A stretch of 64,000 nt of DNA from Kudoa neothunni (taxonomy: Eukaryota; Animalia; Cnidaria): contig OZ199838.1 in the NCBI GenBank assembly GCA_964304625.1, forward strand, positions 4,365,354 to 4,429,353, read 5' to 3'. The notes under the pieces were generated by a model. It was not told the DNA's origin, searched no databases, and was given only the letters and a program-made list of their open reading frames with translations. A program made the position numbers and the translations under genes. Below, one piece after another: positions 1 to 12,915 of this stretch. Numbering within the stretch: position 1 is the first letter of the stretch; every line of letters begins with the position of its first letter.

Positions 1-3000
1 AATTGTTGTTTTTTAATCTTATATGTAATCGATATTTTAGGTTCTTTCGCGATAATTAATTTAATCCAGGATTAAATTAAAATAGCCTGCATTAAAATAA
101 ATTTTGGTACATTTTTAATAGTTTGAGATATTCAAAAAGGAATAATATTTTAGTTTAATTACGAAGACTAATTCATTGTTAAAATGACACAGATGTTTAA
201 TATTCGAAAAAATTAGTCATACTGTTACTCGTTTAATCTAATATCAAAAACTTTACTTATGGACAAAATTTGTAACTAAATAATTTTAATAGCTTGTTAC
301 ACTTTCCAAAATGTGAATTTCGAGTTACTCGTCAGTAAAAAATCAATCAAAACCAAAACTGCTGCCTACAAGCTTCTGCAGGTTTGCTATTCTACTTACT
401 GTCGTTGCTCTCACTATAACATTACTCAGAGAGTGGCAGTTATGATGTTAAAGCCTCTACGAACACAGCCCTTGAATTTGAGGTGATTGTTTACTTGTAT
501 TAACAATTTGCCTAATAAAAAGTAGAAAACCCCATGTCAAAGATCTGATGGGAGAAAGTTGCAAACAAAAAACAAATTTAACTAATCAAGTATTTCATCC
601 CTATATTTGTGTTGGCGGACCTCTTAAGTCTAACACAAAAATCTTATTCCTCGCTATCGAAAAAGGTTCGATAGCCGTAAAAATGATCTATTTTAGACGG
701 TTGACCTTCAAGAAAATTCCACTGAAATTCCTATTGAAATTGATTCAATTATTGGTAATTTAGGTGTTGCTTCGTTAACGCTAATTTATTTAGAGCTGTT
801 GCTGAATGGATTAGGTTGCGAAAGTTTCAACTCCCGGTGGTCATGTGCCAAAGGGTAATAAGATGTGTATTAAACACATATAATCACTTAATATTCCTCG
901 ATAGAATCGGAAATATTTGTGAAAGGCTTGAAAGTGTTCTTGTAGGCGATGTGATTGAAAATATCAAAAGTCTCATCAAGTTAATGAATAAATTCTGAAT
1001 TAAAATGAGTTATTACGTATATTTATAGCACATATCAATCTTCAGAGTGTTGGCAAGGAGGTATAATGAATTTAGTCATTATATTCGTTAATTTTTCTGG
1101 ATATGTAAAAATGTTTTTTAGCATGCCTGGCTTTTGGCGAGCTATCAAGAAGATGCCTTATAACCATCGACCAACTTCCGGAAAGTAACACACATTATTA
1201 CAGCGAGTAACCGATTGTACGCATTAGATCAAAATTATAAAATTTAAATTGGACATAATACGTCGTTATAATTTTTTATCCATTAATGCTTGCATCAGTT
1301 ACAGAATATAGCAGAAGTTCTCCAAAAATTAGTTTTATCAAATTTGGACATGCTTTTGAGTCTTTTAACAACTTTATTGATTGGTTTTATAACTTTATTA
1401 AATTTGCATACATAAATAGAAAGATTTTATATTGAAGATCTTATTAGGCATTTTTAAATCATTAGTTTCAACCCGAGTCCGTAAATTAAGCACTGAGACA
1501 ATCATATTAATTTTTCAATAATTTTTTTAATATATTATTAAACTACTATAAGCTATTTTTTATAAAAGAAATATTTTCAACAGCATATCTGTTGTTTGTA
1601 AAATATTTTTAAAAATTCACCTAATTAAACTAATAAGCCATTTGTCCATAATGCGAAAATTGTTTGTTTGGATATAAATGCGGGCTACCATTACTTTATT
1701 TTATTATTTATGAATTCTTTAATGACACAATTTTTCAAAATTTTATCTAAAAAATTCGGACTATTTTGAGCATAATTAAACCTGAATGTTTTATTTGACG
1801 ATTATTTTTTTTAATGATAAATGAAAATATTTTTTACTTTATACCTTATATAATGCTCTTCTTTCAAAAGTGTCGCAGTCAATTGGAAAACACCAAACGC
1901 CTCCTTCGGTTTACTAGGAGGCAGTAAAGGCACGTTAAATCATTCACTGATTGTTTTAAATTACATTAAATTATTAATAGAAATAAAATTTGTTGGTTTA
2001 ACTGTAACATGAACCAATCAATTTACATTATAGTCCTGATTTAACCTTTAACCTTATAATTATTGGCTTTTTTACCTTACAGCAAATTTAGTATATTAAA
2101 TGTGAAAAATTTAAACGTCTAATTTTTCTTATTTTCACATAAAATTGAAACTAGCGTTGTCAGTGTTATCCGGTTTCGTCACTCTGGTTTTTTAATTGGC
2201 CGAATAATCGCAAAATGGTAATTCAAAAGTAAGAAATTCTTGCTCATTTTAAGAAATTGAAATATAGTTGTAGTTTATTTCGTTGCAAGGTATTTTCGAA
2301 TTAATGTGTTTGTACCTAACATAATGCTCTGTTTCAAAGTAAAGTGTGTACACAGGGGGTTCCCCCAAAGACGAAGGACAATTCTACTTTTTAATAATTC
2401 CATCTTAAAAATAAAAGAAAACAGAAATACAAGTCAAAATGAAATTGCCATACATTTTTTTAAAACAAGCATTATAAAATGTTATACTCTATTCGAGACC
2501 AACATTTTGGATTTTTTCATCATTTATAACAGTGCACTATCTTACCGTGGCCTCAGACCAATTTGGAATTGTCGCAAAAAATATTGAGATTCTAAATGCT
2601 TGAATTCTGGGAAGTTATTTTTGTATTGATGATATCCCATGCTAGCTTAAGCTATCAATTATAAATTATTGTTTAATCAATTCAAAAAATTTTAAATTTT
2701 AGTTGATATCTAAATGAATTTAAATTAAACAGAATATTATCTGCTTGATTGATTTTTCTTAATTTTATTTGATGAATGATCATACAAAAAAATGAAACCA
2801 CGTCTAAATACAGTTGTTTTTTCTAGCATAGAAAAAAGGGCCATAATACAGTAACTAGAATTTATTGGAATTGAAAAAACCATTTTTGATATAATCGAAG
2901 GCCAGAAACGTAAATTAAAATGAATTAGTCAACAAAAATATTTGTTTGTAACCAAGTTGTATATTTGTTTCAAATATGAGGTCACCATGCGACGTGACAC

Positions 3001-6000
3001 CTGAGAGTTCATTCCAAACTGAAAATGGTGAACAACAACATTGCCTATTATTCAAAGTTGAATGGAATGAATATACAAAATGTGATGACGACACAACATT
3101 AGATTCAATAGCATTCGGATCGCTTAAAATCCAAAAAATAATTCTCAGTTTATCGTAAAATATTACACGTCTCTACTTTAACTATTTGTGAGTAACACCT
3201 TACCGAAGGGAATATTCTCGTTTGCTGGAACTATAAAAACGAATCGAAGAAATAGAGTATTACGCTTTACATTAGATGATCTTATTCGAATTCGAATGGG
3301 GGAATTTTTCTACATGTCGACCAAAGGGGTCATAACTTTGAATTTTATGCGCCAATTATAAATTTAGATATTATTCACATGTATAATTAATTATTATTAC
3401 TTTATTCAATAAATTTTGATTCTTTCATGCAGAAATTTGTTCGGAGGTCCGATTTTGGTTGGAAACGGTGTTTGAAACTTTTAATTAATAGATTTTATGA
3501 GAAAACAATCCAATTCTGATTCTGAAAACAAAAATACTTTCCAAGCGTCTTATGATGATAATCGCTGTCAAATTATTTATTTTTCTTATTTGATTTTTTA
3601 AAATTATTTGTTAGAATGCCTATTAATTGCAGTTTGTCCGGAATAGACTAATAATATTTCATTCGACTCTCAATAATTACGGTAACATTAATGCTACAGT
3701 CATGCCTCGGCAGTACAAAATTAATATGCAATATCGAGTTTGCCCATGTGGATATACAAAAAAACGATTAAGCCATTTATTGGCTCCTTTTTAAACATAA
3801 ATTTATTTATATAATTAAATAGAGAATTTCCATTTTTTGTTTCATATATAAAGAAATAGTCTAACATTTTCATCTGCACTTTTCTTTCTTTAGAATAGCT
3901 TATTCTCGATCCATAAAAGGATGTAAATCAGACCTTATGGATCTTCGCATATAAAGGTGTGTTTAAGAGTTAATAAGACTTCCTGAATTTTAGATGTAGA
4001 CACTTTTACAACTAATTGTTCCTTATGACACTCATCATCAGAGATACTGGCGCATGACCCGCTCTTAAATTAGACCACTAATAAAGTCTCTTCTTCATTC
4101 ACGTTTTCGTTTGTTAGAAATGTCGTAGCTGGAAAGTTTTTTGTTCTATCTGAAAGATTCTAACGAGGGTTAAATGCTCTTTAATTTTAAAATGTACTTT
4201 TTAAACAAGACATAATTATTCTATTATTAAGGTCAAATTTCTAAGTTGTTCACTTTTTAACTCCTTATTGACTTAATTGAATTATTACAACGAATAATTT
4301 TGAATTTCTCGCCAACATCTTTCTGTATCCTTGTCATGGTCAGATTTACTACGCAATGTCGAATCAGAACGGGTTTTCCGGACCCTGGAACTGCTACGCA
4401 ATACAAAATTAATTCACAATATTGAGCAATTTCATATTAATTTTTTATTCATAACTAATTTTATCATATGTTTTACGAGATAATAATGTAGTTATTACTT
4501 AGCAATATCCAAATTTACAATTAGTTAGAAAATACGAAATATATTGGACAACCACGTAATACCGAGGAACGACTGTATTGAGATAAATTGGTTAATCTGG
4601 AATGTGATAATGGAACAATTTCCCCCGCCAATTTTATTAAATTTTGAATTGCGCAATCCATAATGAGAACTCTGGCAATATGAACGTAATTTTAAATGCT
4701 ATTTATCATCTAGTCTGTAAAAGCTACCGAAATATGCTTTCGTTGTGTTGGGGTTATTTTCGTATATGACTGAAATAAAAACCTACGTAGTATTAAATTA
4801 ACAAATTGGAGATTTCTATTCAAAAAAGTCATCTAAGTTATTGTATTTACACTAACAATCTTTATTGATAGCTTTCCCCTCTATAGATTATAGTTAAAGG
4901 GGTGAAATCAAGTACAGAAAATGTGTGTGATCGGTTCGCTGCTGTCTACGAAATGTGCTAATATTAATTTTAAACTATAAGTTGTACAAAAAATCAAAAG
5001 AGCGCTTTTATACGAAGAGAGATATGCAACAGTTGGTCATGGGGACATTTGTTAGGGACGCTGCTTGTTATGTGTGTTGACGTTCGCGAGGGCTTTTCCT
5101 CCAGCTGAATTTGATACCTACGCTCAAGATTTTGATGGGGTATACTTGTGAAATTATTGGTGTTTCATTTTTGTCGGCAATTTAGGGATTGTGTTGTGTG
5201 TGGCACTATTTGATAACGAACTTATATGTCGAAGAGCTGCTTCAGTATCTTTGTTAGATAAGTAGATTTATATGACAAGCTAAAATAGGCTGTAATTCAA
5301 GAGCCTGGTAGGAAGAATGGTAATCTCATCAACATTTTTTAACTGTTTAGTTGCATGATTTTACTCTAGAAATGTATATCCCATGGCATAGAATTAGTCA
5401 CAACATGCGATTATAATAATGTCAAATCGTTGGATTTTTGTTATAAAAACTCTGACGTATTTTTGTGCTACTGAATTGATTTTTATATCTTTACCACAAC
5501 AACTATAGTCCGAATGTGTACAAACTGGGATCTTATCAGGAAGCCATACTTGGCCACTTGATTGATTTTAGACTTGAATATTGGGAAATGTGATTTTTAT
5601 CATGTAAGTTTATGAATTTATCAACATTAAGAAATACTCGTATTTTGGCTTCGTCCACCTTGGCAGATTTGGCTGCAGAGTTCCCCTCAATTTTTATCGA
5701 TGGTACTTAGCTGTGTTCGATGAATTATATTTATAACAAATTGTGCGCTTTTATGTTGCAGTTTTGCTTGAAAAGCTATATAACCAAATTTATGTCACTC
5801 AACAAATCAAATACCGCGCAAATTCATGGATTAGTGTTAGCATATTCGAACGTAGTAGCTGAACTGAGTGATAAACTTGATGCATCCACTATTAACCTTC
5901 AGTTTAATAAAATAATTCAAAAAGTAATATCTTATTCATTTCTCATTAAGCTTTATTATTGAACTTTTTAATTCGCTTTTTATAGGTACAAGATATCATG

Positions 6001-9000
6001 ATTGAGGGGTGGCCGTTCCACAGCAAAAAATTTGATCAAAATCTCCTGTAATTTATTATTTTCTTTTAGTTTTACTTTATATCGGCTTTAAATAATTCCA
6101 TGTAAGTGGTACATTTCTTCGCAAAGATGATCGCCTTAGAAACAAATTATCCAAATTTATTCTCTCAGGAATACTATAGTCAGTTATTTTGTAGAAAACA
6201 ATAAACTAACTGCTATTTAGAAATGGTGTTTGAAAATATTCATTCGGGTTTAACTTCAACTCACTCTCCTTTAGGTCGTAAGAAAACTATAACAAATTTG
6301 ACTTTTGTAGTATATATACATCACATAGGAAAAATGCACCTTTTTCTTTCAATATATCCGCCACAATCCTACTCTTTGTTCTAATCTACTATTGACTGCT
6401 CTGGATGGTTCGTTTATATTTACTATATTCAATATGATCATTATTATAGATTACCTAATGAATACTCTTCTCCCCATGGTGAATTCTTCGAGAAAACAAT
6501 TGTAAGTTGTACTACTACATTCATTCGTATTAGATTGCTTATATAGACTTTATTAATTGTATTTTTGTCTGAATAAAAATCGTTTTTTTAATTATTGAAT
6601 TTTAAATACAAATTTTCTTTTTTAAATACTTTCAAAATACTGATTTAAACCTGAAATAAAAACCTTGTCGAATTAGCTTACGTTATTAATTATTTAGGCG
6701 TCCCCCTTGTGGAAGTTTTACTCTATATTCCTGACGTGCTAGCTGAAAAATATTTCGATAAAGTAATTTCTGTATAACTTTAACTAAAGTAATTAATATG
6801 AACCATTAGCTATATGAGTGCTATCTAAAGTTGTTTCACATGGAAAGAAATATGATCAATGAAGAACCCGATAATATACATGCCAAAGCTTGTTCCATCA
6901 AATTGTTGTGCATGTAACTTAGATTGTCTGATTGATTTTTTGAACAATTAAGCTTAGTCTTTTCTCGAGTGTTTCACCCAAGAAAATTACTGATTATGTT
7001 TGGAATGACTTTTTAAATTGGAATGACTTTTTAAATTTGCTGATTGTTGCCACTCAAAACTACACAGTCAATAAACAAGGCGACGTGGGTCTTTAGTAAT
7101 TTTAAATCATATATATTAATAAATCAAATATTGAGCCACCTTACCTTATACGTTTGGAGACAACTAGTAACCTTTGGATATAAAAACTTGAAATTTTTCG
7201 TATTAATTGTTTTAAAAATTATTCAGTATTTGTCGAAAAATTATATGAATATTATTTAAGGCGAGTTATTGAAAAAAAGCTTTAAATTATTTAATACTTA
7301 TCAAGCAAACTCTGCATCTTTAGAAAACGTTTGAAACTCCATTATTAACTAAAATAACAGCAACTATTTTCTTATATTAATTTAACTGTATTTTTTGTAA
7401 ATATTCAGTTTACAATAATGCGTGGCTCTATAATTCAACCTAATAATCCTATATTCTCCCCCTCAAAATTATTTTTGTATAGTTTAAAAAATTAACGAAA
7501 ATGAATCGTTTTTGTCAACAAAATTACAACTACTAATGAGCAAATTCACAAGAAGATATTGTGTAATTTGATCAATTTTTTTACATTAATTCTTATCACA
7601 TATTTTCGTCTGTGCGTGCTAAAATTCTCCGCATACTTTATACTATGTTGAAAAATTATTACTAAAACTAATTTTTTATAATTGATTAAATATTCTTGTA
7701 TGATGTATAGTTATTATATTCTGTCGTTATATTTAATTTTCTCTCATTCCAATTTCTTTCAGCCAATACTATGATGAACCTACTTCATGCTATATAATTT
7801 TCATTTTTAATTTTCAGTAAATTATTGTTTACATTTTTTGGCTATATATTTGTAATTTTAACGAAAATTGATTAACTGTCGTAATGATTGCCTCGTTAGA
7901 ACTTCATAGATTTATTGGTGAACCGGGAGATTAAATTTACTTAGAAAATTTGATCACAAACTTTTTAAATTAACAGATAAAATTAGAGTAATTATCATAG
8001 AGTTTATAAGAAGTTTAATTATGTATGAATCTTTGATAAGGATTAATTTAAAAAAATTATATTGTTTCCAACTTCGAAAGCCAGACAGATTAAAAATTTA
8101 TAACAATTATTAAATGTTATTACATACAATCCTTGTGATGGAATTAAAAAATTGAGTGGTTGAGTCCTCATTTTAGTTAGAGGATTAACTAAATCAGATG
8201 TCTATTTTTGGGATGTTTCTTTCATTTATTTTATGATATTTGTGAATTTAGTGTCCGAATAATGGCCGTTGAATACATACCCCGCATAATAGAGTTGTTA
8301 TGTGGCCCATCTTTCGAAGTGGTTATCGATAAAAAATTGTATGTGTATTTTTTTCTCCTTCATTGATTAAGGTTGTAGGATGGAATCACTGGTGGGCGCC
8401 TTATTACGCCAGTCAGCTGAAAGAGTTCAGAAATTGAGAACTGCTGCACGAATTTCCTTTTGTGAACTCCTTCTTAGTGAAAGTTTCCCGTAATAACTTT
8501 TTCTCTATTTCTCTCTTTCATCCATCAATTGCTTTCATATTTAGGGTAGCCAAACAATGCTCCATCATCGATAACTCATCAGACATAATACCCTTCTTGA
8601 AAAAGTGCGTTCTTACTTTTGAGATTTTTTTTTCAATAGAAAATGATAAATAGAGTCAGTGAAAATTGGTGCGTCAATTCAAATGGATTTATTGTCAACT
8701 ATCATATGCTACAATATCCCACCTATGCTTCAAGTTCTCTGTTGGGAATTTTCGCATTCGTGGCGTCGCCCGGATGTGTCAATTTGGTAGGATTACATTT
8801 TCATTTCTCATTTATTATACATAATGTAAACTCATTAAAATAAAATATTCATTATTACATATGGAATTCAAATATTAAATGATCGTTAAGCCAAATTCAA
8901 TATAATTATATATACATAAGGTGGAAAAAATCAAAATATTTGGTATTTAATGTTAACTTATATGAATTCTCCCATGACCAAATACAGCGAGTATCCATTT

Positions 9001-12000
9001 TTACGCATTCTATTCAGGGAGGGGGAAAGTGCAATAAACTAGCCACTAAACCACTTATTTTCTGACTTTGATGCACACATATACGATTGAATTTTTTTAA
9101 TATCGCAAAATGTATATAATTTAAGTATTAACAACTAACTTAAACGACAAATCTTAGAAAGAAACAATATTTTTAGCACTTTAAAGTATTGTAACAGTCT
9201 TTGGCGAAATTTATATTCCTTAATTTTTGTTTCATCTGTTGTTACACATTTTCCTTAATTACAAAAGATTTTGGCACTTTTATTTATTTATTTATTAAAA
9301 TTCTATTACTTATGTTTATTCAGAACTTATTATATTCCGATATAGTATTAATGACCCTCACAAGAGATGGCTATTGGATTGGAATTTTGTTTTGTATTAT
9401 TCTGTAATATTAATGTCTTTTATTTAATTTGGTCAATGATTGAGGATAAAAAACATCAATCAATAGACCAATCCCGCCTAAAAACTACGGTCAACTTTTT
9501 GATCGCGTGACTTTTATTCTAACCATTTTCTATCCTATTTTAATTCAGATTGTTTAAAAATTCACAAAATATCCTGAGATTAAAATAAAAATATTATCAG
9601 TTTAGTATCTATAAATTATCTATTGTATGTAAAAATGGTTACTTAGTGTAATAATAAAAAAATCATTTTATTCCGTATTATTCTCATATTTATTTGGATA
9701 TTTATCACTAATTCTAAGTATTAAGTTATTAATGATTTATTCCATTTTTAACACTCGGTCATACAACTATGTTTAATGAAATTTAATAAAAAGATTGATT
9801 AAGTAGCAATTTTTATTTAATTATGTCGAAATTACCATTTATGTATCTGAATATACAATAAAATTACTCATCATTAGTTGTTCTTAGCAGTTTATCTAAA
9901 CTTATTCTAAAAACCTGATTTTTGTGTAAATAAAAAAATTAATTTTCCTATTCATACGATTATTCTATATTTACAGAAATTACATTCTAGTATAATGTTA
10001 GAAATTAATAAAAAAATATAAAATTACTTTTAAAATTTTAAATAGTCACATTCATTTGTCCATAGGTAATAGAAATCTCTTTATGAGAAAAAAGATACGG
10101 TACCTGTGCAATAATACATCATTATCATTTTCTAATTCAATGACCGAATTTGTGTTGAAAATTAATTTGGCTTTTGTTCGGTATGTAAAGTGGTTATTTC
10201 CCCGAAACAATCTGGGGATATCGCAAAATCGTTTCCTCGTGGTATCTTCTTATTAGGACTGTTCCCATGTTTGAATTTTCCTATGGATAAAATATTTATT
10301 GGTTTTTCTATCCATTTTTTAACAATTTTTTAACATTATTTGTTATTTTATTCTTTTTAATATATATTTGATGCATAAGAAGTACAAAGTTTTCATGAGT
10401 TGTTTGAAGAAATATTATTATACGATGGGGTAAAATACCTATATTCCTGAATTACATATTTAAATCTATCTCCAGATATTACGTATGTGTAATTTTTAAA
10501 AAACTTTATTCTAATTTTAAACGGCCATTCAAATTTCAATTTACAACTCTCTATATTAAATATTAACAAGCTCTTATGGCCCATAATAAATTATTGTCTT
10601 TTTGAAAATCGTTTTATACAATGTCCTTGTTTTCGTTGAGTAAGAGTTTAATTATTTACTTTTCATATCATTAGTCAAATAATTATGAAGTATATTATAT
10701 AATCCTTAAATAGTTATTTGAAGGAAAAATTAAAAAATCGTTTCATAGTTTAAATAAAAATAACGTTAAAAAATTATAATAACTTGTAAAAAATGAAACA
10801 TTTGTCAAACAAATAAAATGGTTTTATCGGTTCACTTCACAGTCTTCAAAAACTGCTGTATATATATATATATATATATATTCCGCTTTAATAATCATTA
10901 TCTATTATTTAATAATATCATGATAAAAATATATAACTTATTCTAATGTGTTTCTTTTGTTGTTGATGAAATAGAAATCAAAAAAATTTTTTTTAGGAAA
11001 ATGAACTTGTTAAAAATATATTTTATCACCTAGAAATAGCCTCCAAGTATTTTTATGTATGCAATCGCATTACATTATTAACCCCCGTTTGATAGTCATG
11101 CCGTAACAATCAAAAATATTGTGGATGCTATTGTGTTTATTGTGAAAAACTTTTCCATTCACATCAGAACAAGGGACTCGTTGATCATCTGCCTAGAGCC
11201 ATTGATAAGTCACAAAATATTGATGAAGGCTACTCTTGAAGACAGGTAACAGAGTGATTTTATCCATAAGAAAAGTTTTATAATTTTTCCAATTTAAGGG
11301 AAATGCTTACAGAATTAATGTTGGATTTTCTTGCACAAGCTGTCAATTCCACCCAAGTTGTAGGACGAATTAAACAAATAATTGATGGGTAATTTATACG
11401 AGACTTAATATTTTTTTTATCATTTGTTGTAGGTTGATTTCGTTAATTGATATCACCGAATCAACAATCAAAAAACATGAATGCCTGAACCAAGTTTGTG
11501 CCTCAATTGGTCATTCGTTTCCAACGGTAATTTTTTTCAAATTAGTCTAATCAGGGAGCCATCTATCATAAACTGGCTGTTGTTATCGGCTCGTACAAAT
11601 TTATTCCTAATTAACACACACGCATACTTAATCACTCTTAATGGTTTTTAATAATTTGCAGAGTTTTTTGGCACGGCAAATTTAAAATTTTAATTTTAAA
11701 TGGCATATACGCACGCGCTGAAAATTTTTAACCCAAGCACCTCTTATTCACACGCTTTGTACAGATATAAATTGTTAAAATCTGCTTTATTTATCTCTGA
11801 CTGTTAATATCGAAGCGACGAAACAAAAATAATTAAATACAGTCAAACTAATGATACCTAAATATTATTGATCGTGCCAATGACCATTCTCTTATTAAAA
11901 TTCTCGTAGCTACAACTTATTGTGAATTATATATACACGTTATTTTTATAGTCTGCTATTGTTAATTATTGTGAAAATTACTGTAAAAAGGATTAATTTT

Positions 12001-12294
12001 GTACGGTCCAATAGACACGTTCATATTTATTTGCATAACACCTTCCTGTTTCAGGTGAGAGTATATGCGGTGGAAAAACTTTATGTTTATTTTTCGGTGA
12101 TTTGTCACGATGATGACTGTGAAAAAGATAAATTTGATAAGCTTCTCTCATTATTGTTGGATACTCAATGGTATTTAAATATATAAAGTGCTCATATCCT
12201 ATTCTGATTTCACGCTGTTCCTAGGGACCAAAACGTTGAAGTTATAAAACCGAAAGTAGTAGAAATCCATGACATCATAGCATCCTTCAAATAA
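1..12294 (+). CDS. TBCD: Tubulin-specific chaperone D (TBCD), multi-exon, 5' end outside window
   Basis: Hand-translated exons follow TBCD motifs in order: ELLLNGLGCESFNSRWSCAKG (~793) / IGNICERLESVLVGDVI (~905) / CWQGACLAFGELSRRCLI (1048-1165; cf. WHGGCLALAELGRRGLL) / RALLYEER..GTFVRDAACYVC(W)TFARAF (5000-5100) / ALFDNELICRRAAS / SHGIELVTTCDY / NYTVNKQGDVG (~7060-7090) / LIGHSFPT|VRVYAVEKLY..LLDTQW|DQN..IASFK* (stop 12292-12294). GT-AG introns; a few 1-nt frameshifts. Confidence 0.9.
3140..4173 (+). mobile_element. Degenerate piggyBac transposon relic in a TBCD intron
   Basis: Translations YYTSL..., KGIFSFAGTIKTNRR...GEFFY (3160-3320) resemble the piggyBac DNxYTS / GTVRxNR region. A Cys-containing C-terminal-like piece lies at ~3700-3770. 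The end reads ...CTAACGAGGG|TTAA at 4160-4173, a typical piggyBac terminus. Confidence 0.5.
7001..7036 (+). repeat. Perfect 18-bp tandem duplication (TGGAATGACTTTTTAAAT x2) inside a TBCD exon
   Basis: Directly visible; in frame it gives WNDFLN-WNDFLN just before the NYTVNKQGDVG motif. Confidence 0.9.
10859..10880. repeat. (TA)n microsatellite
   Basis: Run of TA dinucleotides in a TBCD intron. Confidence 0.9.
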
Positions 12295-12915
12295 GAAGAT
12301 ATGCTGACTCAAAGTTATTGCTATCCGTCTAGAATAATTTTTTTGAAATTGCTACATAAAATGTTGAAAGGAGACTTGTTTTATTTGATTGTTATAATAT
12401 CTCAGAATTAATCTCTAAATTTTTAATCTCTAGCTCACACACAGAATTTAAGAAATAGTACAAAAAATTGAAGGGCTTATGTTTGATTCAACTCACATGT
12501 TTAGAATATTTAACTGTTATTGGTTGTCTATAAGTCGACAGGTGTTGACGCAATTTTTATTTGAAGTCAGTATTGATTACATTAAATCGATTATTTTATT
12601 GTTATTTGAGACTCTCAATTGTTAAGATACACGTGATAATTTTATTGGAAAACAATTTGCTGGCGTCTTCCATAATTATTAAGATTATCTGTATTGAACA
12701 TTTTAATTAGATTGATTCCTAATTCAACTCGTCTCAGTTATCAAATCTTCTCTGCCTATTAGAATACAAGATAAATCTATATGATGATGTAAAACCATCA
12801 AAAACGCAACCTAAAACAACTACTATCATTGGGATATGCAACGACTTTAGGCGATCAGCCGAAAATAAGTCGAGTCGACTTGGAATAAAGAGCTTTTCAT
12901 TATCCATGAAAATAA

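Noticed and set aside
4570-4860. Possible Tc1 relic (CWGYF ~ VWGCF) in a TBCD intron
   Set aside because: Similarity is too fragmentary and no TIRs were found.
5076-5082. TGA at the conserved Trp of TBCD (YVCW), suggesting a UGA=Trp or Sec code
   Set aside because: The downstream motif (TFARAF) continues in another frame, so this is a missing G rather than a reassigned codon. Trp is TGG elsewhere and TGA terminates transaldolase.
5020-5130. Initial resemblance to an alpha/beta-tubulin fragment
   Set aside because: The translation matches TBCD VRDAACYVCW instead.
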